In this document: piece by piece, positions 37,001 through 43,100 of the stretch
Layout: the number at the start of each line of letters is the position of its first letter
Position numbering within the stretch: the stretch's first letter is position 1
NCBI GenBank assembly: GCA_027485045.1
Contig: JAIXRU010000246.1
Span: forward strand, 1-47,900
Origin: Opitutaceae bacterium
GTDB lineage: Bacteria; Verrucomicrobiota; Verrucomicrobiia; Opitutales; Opitutaceae
Length of the DNA: 47,900 nt
Direction of reading: 5' to 3'
The notes under the pieces: generated by a model
The model's input: only the letters and a program-made list of their open reading frames with translations
Told to the model about the DNA's origin: nothing
Databases searched by the model: none
Program-made: the position numbers and the translations under genes

Positions 37001-39749
37001 TACCCGCAGCCTCATCATCGACGGCAGCCTCGTCGTGCGCGCGGTCGCCGCCGACGGCTCCATCGTCACCACCAAGTACTGGGATACCTCCGCCACCTCC
37101 GGCCTCCAGGGCGGCAACGGCACCTGGGACATCTCCGGTGCGTCCAACTGGAACACCGCCGCCGATGGCACCGGCCCGCTCGCCCGTTTCTGGCAGGCCG
37201 ACACCGCCCTCTTCCAAAACGGCCTTACCAACACCATCACCCTCGGCGGCACCATCGGCGTCGCCACCCTCGCCCAGTCCGGCAACGGAACCGCCACCAC
37301 CCTCAACGGCGGCACCCTGCGCCTCAGCGGCCCCGCCGCCCTCAGCAACGGCGTGCCCACCGGCAACGCCCCCCTCTCCCTCAACTCCGCCGTCGTCATC
37401 AACGGCCTGCCTACCACCTTCACCGCCGCCCAGCCCGTCACTTTGTCCCAGGGCCTCTCCGGCACCGGCGCGCTAACCAAAGCCGGCCCCTCCTCCCTCA
37501 CCGTCACCGGCACCAATACCTGGACCGGCGCGCTTATCCTCGACGGCGGCACCACCCGCTTCAACGCCGCCACCCCCGGCCTGAGCAGCGTCACCTATGG
37601 CGCGGCCCTAGCCAGCCCCGCCGCCGCCACTCTCCAGCTCACCCAAAACACCACCCTCACCGCCCTCACCGCCCGTAACCTCGCTTCCAATACGCTCGAC
37701 ATCCCCGCCGGGCGAACCCTCACCGTCAACGGCCCCGTCATCCTCGGCTTCAACGGCGACGGCACCGTCGTCAGCGGCACCACCGCCCTCACCTTCACCG
37801 GCGGCGGCAACCTCGCCGTAAACTCGCCCGGCGGCAACTTCATCGTCGCCGGCGGTAGCAAAGGCGGCACCGCCACCGCCGACCTCACCGCCCTCGCCAG
37901 CGCCACCATCAACACCGGAGCCACCGGAAACCTCTACCTCGGCGTCAACGCCAGCATCACCAACGACACCCTCCTCCTCGCCCCCAACACCACCCTCACC
38001 GCCAACAACCTCTACGTCGGCGACGCCAACACCGGCGGCACCTACGCCCTCACCCTCGGAACGGGAACCAACCTCCTTAACCTCAACAATATCTTCATCG
38101 GCCAGCGCCCCGGCCTCAACAACCGCTCCGACGGCTCCATCACCGCCCCCGCCTCCGCTACCGGAACCCTCCGCCTGCGCGCCGCCGACGGATCCAGCCG
38201 CGCCAACCTCATCCTCAACGACAACATCTCCAGCACCGGCCGCCTCCTCACCACCACCTTTGATGTCTCCGGCTCCCCCGCCGATCTCCTGCTCAACCAG
38301 CTCATCATCGGCCGCCGCAACGCCACCAGCAGCCCCGCCCAGGTCACCGCCGACACCTTCCGTTGGGATCGCGGCACCCTCGACGTCCTGTCCCCGGTCG
38401 TGCTCGAACAAGCCCCGCCCGCCGCGCAAAAACTCCACGTCGGCACCATGACGCTCGGCTCCGCCGCCTCCACCCCGGCTGATACCGCGATCTTCCGCAG
38501 CGGCATCGTCATCGCGGAAAACCGTTCCACCGTCACCACCGCCGGAGCCAGCGTCACCGGCACCCTCAACATCGCCGGCGGCTCCATCACCAGCGCAGGC
38601 ATCACCCTCGGCGACCTCGTCACCCTCACCGCCCCCACCACCGGCACCCGCCAAGCCACCGCCACGCTTAACCTCACCGGCGGCACCCTCACCCTCACCG
38701 CCCCCCTCGCCTCCGGCACCAGCGGCGGCCCCGGCACCAAGACCGCCACCCTCACCCTCGACGGCGGTTTCCTCGACCTCGGCGGCAACGCTCTCGGCGG
38801 CACCGGCCCCGCCGCCCTCACCACCTTAAACGTCCTCTCCGGCACTCTCGCCAATGTCGCCTCCATCAACGGCACCAGCGGCTTCACCAAGACCACCACC
38901 GGCCTGCTCACGCTCACCGGCACCCACACCTTCACCGGCCCCATCACCGTCTCCGCCGGCACCCTGGTCCTCGCTCCCGCCGTCTCCGCCACCACTTCGC
39001 TCTCCGTCGCCAACGGCTCCTCCCTCGTGCCCGGCGGCTCGATCACCGGCAACCTCACCCTGCCCGTCGGCGCCACCTTCCTTGTGCGCCTCGACTCCGC
39101 GTCCTCCTTCGACCGCCTCGTCCTCACCGGCCCCGCCTCCACCGCCACCTTGGGCGGCACGCTCGACTTCATCCCCGCCACCGGCCTGCCCCCCGGCACC
39201 CGTTTCCGCCTCCTGCGCAATCAGGGCAACCCCGCCGCCCCCGTCACCGGCACCTTCGCCGGCCGCGCCCACCGCACGCCTTTCACCGCCTCGAGCCGCA
39301 CCTGGTATCTCGACTACGCCGCCGGGTCCGGCGGCGACGTGGACCTCGTGCTCGCGAGCGATCTCGAACTCTGGCGCCAGACCCACTTCGGCACCCTCTT
39401 CGCCTCGGCCAACTCCGCCGACCTCGCCGACCCCGACCGCGACGGCCTGTCCAATCTCCTCGAATACGCCTTCGGCACCTCCCCCACCTCCGCCTCCTCC
39501 TCTGCCGCTCCTTCCGTTTCCCTGCTCCCCGCCCCCGTCTCCAAACTCCAGCTCACCTTCCTCCGCGCCCGCCCCGAGCTCACCTACACCGTCGAAGCCA
39601 GCTCCACCCTCGCCCCCGATTCCTGGTCGATCATCGCCACCAACCCCGGCACCGTCGGCCCCACCAACCCCATCTCTGTTTCCGACACCATCTCCCTATC
39701 CTCCGGCGCTCCCCGCCGTTTCCTCCGCCTCCGCGTCACCGCCCCGTGA
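31047..39749 (+). CDS. 2900-aa exported multidomain protein: two N-terminal beta-sandwich repeats, an unknown enzyme-like domain, FN3 domains, autotransporter-associated beta-strand repeats and a C-terminal DPDxDG/FLRLR module
   Basis: Signal peptide; duplicated NGV.F..TLTLN.L..G..Y..Q.W..D; FN3 (LAW....A.SY.VKRATTSGGPY..YYYVVTAVN); four LTK.G.GTL.L...NTYTG.T....GTL-type repeats. No terminal beta-barrel. Confidence 0.88.
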   Translation: MKRYLIFFCIVFGCLNLPLPAAVITWSGARAITADSDVSTSGVLVKALAASGSAYPTVNGVTFTPAPGPDTLTGNNATNLPTGALPVGGALTSAYATLLSQNIANNTTGSILTLTLNNLTVGAHYELQIWFHDANATGQGTLLVKSPGTTDPWAKLDANPSDQLGGRGQFALGTFTADATTQVVTLQGSVNALLQAYQLRRITAPLATIAWEGWRESTGPAEVATTGTGTRAYTFGPVGTAPAAALNGVNFTAFSAQSTDTTTGLSAAPANTFASAAAPFSTLPADYRVLLGNGATGARSATLTLNQLQPGQWYLVQVWANDSRALAGGRKQRINGSLWLNSNPGLTSDNLAFEGGLGHWMQGSFQASAASQRLEFDADSAVQLNALQLRAIPAPDPYVHAFRWRRLWYLASWLDGRVPTAGGIIWSQTQAWFATGDFVTARTDAAAKGGATAMWTGSPSHFDIWPAADLVARRAKYVDALTRDRVLAALRRFGYLRSTSNFAELALSTRLLASAAFGEDSLLHPQNDMSTADPTGRDTFIGRANSKLLNGCGEYASSPYGWYNILPSLSVAQLSTDPVVRSRALLSFDACLAQLASVWMPEGYLLTFSGRSYPEGAYNGLGRMLWMWFGEAPATFSYQPQASIVAAMEYTPPAALLRAAGERDSIYTSRHSFDAIQTAYVYKDQYGIYSHEGPSGGRQQYQDGVRWKGMKNSYLWLTKPNDDDPALVRVAACHGTVSADVGTVQHKDAILMAFDMSYPKATPYPYALGHIPGIYTAMRNRTGANTPADGRPRVFVHYGTVMAVITADIPFTWDPNSGVYCKEMPTDPGDSEIRIAVGGVGNPVTNPTGFMSTIDAPNNRFAMAIETAHPEEFPGVDAAAQLAAFETAILAQTALRHDAPSPTVAYYTTRRGERLKVQAKVGAAYPVAAAINDVAVDYVNWPTNESPWVSQLRQNPSTVKPTSGGNVVLTAGRQRTVLDVVNWTRTDSLLPGSTTTPALTAAPATGLLPTSAVASAELTSTGSGPTSLTCYWGPTDVGPTASGWAQSLSLGNRAVGTTFATLTGLTPGASYVYRFAATNASGTSWSAPIAFQAAPVPPPGVPSGLRFTLTSGAIPLAWDAATDAVSYTVKRATTSGGPYTVRQSGLTSLSYTDTGLTPGTTYYYVVTAVNSGGESASSGQLTAAPATTPAVPAGVAAVTGFLYPRVSWTASLFATRYIVKRASASTGPYTTLATDVSGTFFDDTTAANLTTYFYTVAAANFAGTSADSAPGSVAFSLASSVIQTSGTWSTVPWYPTNPGRPASGNTTAVDFLNPDAALASQQNLGAFTLRQLRFLGRDVTLTGDPLTLGGTTPSLSVAATGTASLANSLTLAAATTLNLDGNLTLSGPLTGTGALTKSGPGTLRFVTNPAYSGNTTLDGGTVVFDAPAPSVKTLLLGASVNSPNPTRVEVNADVSVTGLTVQTTDVTNLLTIAAGRSFTITGSFLGGGLNTGSQDSHLTVSGPGAFVFNSPTSPFVVRRGSQIDLSAAGEVRITTPRLLIGDSDVRPSSLPATLTVSAHGLTRIQADAIHLDGVSVGGTTNAGESATFLAPAGSGRLVIRNTAGTGPATLAMNLRGGQSSVASYTTFDLRGHDSDLLLDTLDIAHRSVSYGGGPGAGAFFFDTGTLTVTGRTRLATSDLATVVNSANATIGGGTVSLLGGLDVATVTTGQRIAASFTLDDGDMTSGKITLATAAHGRATADLILNGGSLTLTDDITTGINLPAPDGSASSVTARVLLDGTTLDLAGHDLGTPAGPIALLSLQSGELRNIGSIASLDTAGTTVLTGLTKTDIATLRLSGLNTYTGPTSIQSGELALRAGSVTASSSLTVELLGTLSGTGTIASPVTIKGDFRPGDPADPAATLALTRTVTLASTAETFFSIDRALTLPAARVSGSTTLTYGGILRITNTGAALGDGDRFVLFGAQTYLGTFATLDLPPLAAGLAWDTRSLIIDGSLVVRAVAADGSIVTTKYWDTSATSGLQGGNGTWDISGASNWNTAADGTGPLARFWQADTALFQNGLTNTITLGGTIGVATLAQSGNGTATTLNGGTLRLSGPAALSNGVPTGNAPLSLNSAVVINGLPTTFTAAQPVTLSQGLSGTGALTKAGPSSLTVTGTNTWTGALILDGGTTRFNAATPGLSSVTYGAALASPAAATLQLTQNTTLTALTARNLASNTLDIPAGRTLTVNGPVILGFNGDGTVVSGTTALTFTGGGNLAVNSPGGNFIVAGGSKGGTATADLTALASATINTGATGNLYLGVNASITNDTLLLAPNTTLTANNLYVGDANTGGTYALTLGTGTNLLNLNNIFIGQRPGLNNRSDGSITAPASATGTLRLRAADGSSRANLILNDNISSTGRLLTTTFDVSGSPADLLLNQLIIGRRNATSSPAQVTADTFRWDRGTLDVLSPVVLEQAPPAAQKLHVGTMTLGSAASTPADTAIFRSGIVIAENRSTVTTAGASVTGTLNIAGGSITSAGITLGDLVTLTAPTTGTRQATATLNLTGGTLTLTAPLASGTSGGPGTKTATLTLDGGFLDLGGNALGGTGPAALTTLNVLSGTLANVASINGTSGFTKTTTGLLTLTGTHTFTGPITVSAGTLVLAPAVSATTSLSVANGSSLVPGGSITGNLTLPVGATFLVRLDSASSFDRLVLTGPASTATLGGTLDFIPATGLPPGTRFRLLRNQGNPAAPVTGTFAGRAHRTPFTASSRTWYLDYAAGSGGDVDLVLASDLELWRQTHFGTLFASANSADLADPDRDGLSNLLEYAFGTSPTSASSSAAPSVSLLPAPVSKLQLTFLRARPELTYTVEASSTLAPDSWSIIATNPGTVGPTNPISVSDTISLSSGAPRRFLRLRVTAP
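39363..39749 (+). repeat. Copy 2 of the shared terminal module
   Basis: LELWRQTHFG..ADLADPDRDGLSNLLEYAFG...LTFLRAR.ELTYTVEASSTLAPDSW..IATNPGTV...RRFLRLRVTAP. Confidence 0.85.
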
Positions 39750-39762
39750 CCGCCTACCCGAT

Positions 39763-39788
39763 GTAGGGCGGGGTCGCCGCACTCCGCC
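39763..39788 (+). repeat. REP-like element (GTAG + hairpin)
   Basis: GTAG-GGCGGGGT-cgccgc-ACTCCGCC just after the stop of the 2900-aa gene. Confidence 0.5.
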
Positions 39789-40137
39789 ATTCCGCTCACA
39801 GCTGAAGTAGAGTTTGGCATTAACCGTCTGCTAGCTCCCGCCGCCCGGCGCATAAACGGACTCCCGGCTTGCCTTAAGCGGGCTCTCTCCATTTGCGTAT
39901 TTTTGCGCAGTTCGGCACGCCGCCCACCCGCGCAACTCCCACCCGCCACCCAGCCACCCAAACCCGGCACATCCCTTTCGCGCAGCTTCGGCTGCTGTCC
40001 GCCACGAAACCTGGAAAATTTCACGGACCAAGAAAACGCGCTCGATCTGCGCCCCGACCTGGGGCGCATCGAAAGCGTCTTTCTTGTGGCTCTTCCAGGT
40101 GCCTGTGGCGGGACGTTAGTAAGTGCGTCCCTCTTTT

Positions 40138-43100
40138 ATGTCCCCAGTGCACCGTCTCTTAATCATTTTCCGTTTAGCTCTCGGATTTACCGCCACCGGT
40201 CTTGGCCTGTCGGCGCAGACGACCTTTTCCGTCTGGCAACCGACCGTTTTTCCCGAGGCAGACTGGTATAACAATGCCGTGAGTGGCGTTTCCGCCGACC
40301 CCGACCTCGATGGGCTGCGCAACCTTGAGGAGTTTGTATTTTTCGGCCAACCGCTCGGCGCCGACTCCGCCGCCCTGTCTCCTCGCTTGGAACAGGTGGG
40401 TGCCAACCTCACGCTCACCTTTCGCCAGCGTCAGGACTTGTCCGGCGTGGATATCCGCCTCCAGGGCTCGGATACCCTCACCAGTTGGATAACCTATAAC
40501 ACCCTTACCGAAGTCGATAGAGTTACCTTCACCGGATACGACGAAGTCACCTTACTGGACCCTCAGTCCTTTTCCAACGCCGCCCCTGCGCGGCGTTTTT
40601 TGCGCCTGCGCCTCGAAACCCCGGTGCCTACCGAACTGCGCCCTCCGGTGCAGCTTTCCCTCGGGGTGGCTCCCGCCTCGCCGCAGAGCTGGAGTGTAAG
40701 CTGGACTGATCCCAACGGCTTTGAAACCGGCCACCGCATCGAGCGCCGCCTGCTCGCCGATGGCACATGGCAAGAGGTGGGTTCCACCGCTGCCGACACC
40801 GGTGCATTCACCCATAACGCCGCTGATTACCAACAAAGCCTGACCTACCGGGTCTCCGCTCTGGCTGCCGGAGGGAAGATCGCGACTTCCTCGCCGGTCA
40901 GTTTACCTGACACCGATGGCGACGGTATTCCTGATGCATTGGAGCTTCAAACCGCATATACCGGCGTCCAAGGCACTTTTGCCAGCGACCCCAATAGCTT
41001 TTCCAGCAATGGCAGTGGAGTCTCCGACGGCTGGCAGGCGGCCAACGGTTACGACCCCGCAGGATCGTTTAACGGTGAAGCGGATAGTGATGACGATGGA
41101 TTGAGTGATTACGAAGAATATACATTGGGCACCAACCCCCGTAAGGAGGATTCCGATGACGATGGAGTGCTCGACCCTGACGACGGCTGGGCCATGGTAT
41201 CCGCGTTGGCTCCAGCTAGGCTGGAAGCTCCCAACTACGCGCTTATTCCGATTGGTCCGGCCGGTTCCTACGCAACGGAAATTAATAATAATGGGCAGGT
41301 CATACTAAAGAATACAAACGACGCCTGGGCTTTGCTAAATGAAGGTCTAGCGAACGAAATTTCACCGCCCGCGGGCAGGTCCTTAGATTTAGTATATGGA
41401 CTTAATGACAGCGGAAATTTCCTGGCTTCGACAAATTTTTACGACGGAAATCCCCTGACCGTAAACTCATGGAAACGCTCAAGCTCAGGCAATTGGATTG
41501 AATGCGCAGTGCCACAGGGCATCGCACAAGTATATGGTTCCGAATATGAGGGATACACCATAAACACGGAATCAGTTGGTTTAGATGAAACAGTCTATGG
41601 CACGGCCAGAACTCACGTTAGCTCTTCGTTTGGTGGTTTCGCCACTATTTTTGGCGCATTTCGTTGGAATGGTAGTCCGCCCGAGTTGATTGGCGACCAA
41701 ATTGGATATAGTGAAGGAGAAGTTGGCCAAGGATACCTTAGAACTTTCTCAAGTGACGTATTAAATGATTATTTCGGAGTTGTTCCTGATGAGTACGCTG
41801 CTGACGGCACGACGTTTTTCGGAATAAAGGTCAATAATCAGGATGTTAAATTATCCCAATTAAATTCTTATAACGGTACATACAGTTACTTTAATTGGAA
41901 CGGCGATGTCATGCAAGAGGGCGGAACCGAACATCACGCTTTGGTCATAAATTTCGGTGAGGGCGAACTCCTGGAAATAGAAAATGGAGTGCTTAATGGT
42001 GAATATGCTTTAACTAATAACAATACCATCATTCTTAACCAAAACGACGGCCAGCCAATCTTGTGGTTGGATACCAAAGCTGGCTTGCGCAACGATCAGC
42101 TCGTGGATGGTTCCCCAACTTACACACGCCTGGATTGGAAGACGAATTACGGCGAAGCGCCTCCGCTTACACTTAATGCGCAAATGCGCGGCCATGACGG
42201 AAACCGCATCTGGCAAAATGCCCAATGGCAGGATTTGGCTCCATTAATTCCGGCAACACAGGGCCAAAATGCCACCTGGGGGCCTGTTTATATAAGTGAC
42301 CAGAACGATTCAGGCACGTTGGTCGGCTCGGCCCGCAAAACCGCCGATAATCAAACTTATGCAGTCCTGCTCGTTCCCGTAGAACTGACCCTATCTCACC
42401 CCGTCGTCACCAGCCCCGAGCCACCTAAGTACGTGGTCAATGCCGACACCGCTTCAGTCATGCTCACCGCCTCAGTGCTCGGCGCGGCCGACGGCACGCT
42501 CATCGGTTGGGAAATCGCGAGCGGCGACGGCACCCTTTCCCACGCCGAATCCGCCACCGTGGACGGCTTTGCGCGCACCACCCTCGCCACCTCCACCCAA
42601 GTGGGCGCCACCTACCGTGTCACCGCCCAGGTGAAAAAACTCCTCCTGCCCGCCGCCACCCCCGGCGGTCCCTCCCCTGAATTCGATTTTGAAACCCTTG
42701 GCCTGGCCGCCACCGACCCCACCCTCCGCCAGACCACCGATGACATCACCGTGATCCCCGGCTTCGCCGCCGCCATCACCGTGACTCGCAAGAACGAGGA
42801 CGGCAGCCCCGCCGCTCCGCTTCCCGCCGACGGCCGCTCCCGCCGTGTGCTCGAAGCCTCCGTGCGCGATGCCTTTGGCCAGCCCGTGGCGGAAAACACC
42901 CCCGTTAACTGGCACCTCTCCGGCTCCGGAAAACTCATCGACATTGAAGCGTTTACCGACGCCGACGGCCTCGCCCGTGCCGTCCTCGTAGCCGGCGACG
43001 CCACCGCCAACCAGAAAATCCGCGTCGAGGCCGACTCCTATGAAATCACCGAGCAAGTGGAGAATATCGCCGTCACCGGCACTCTCGCCGCCTCCGCCTC

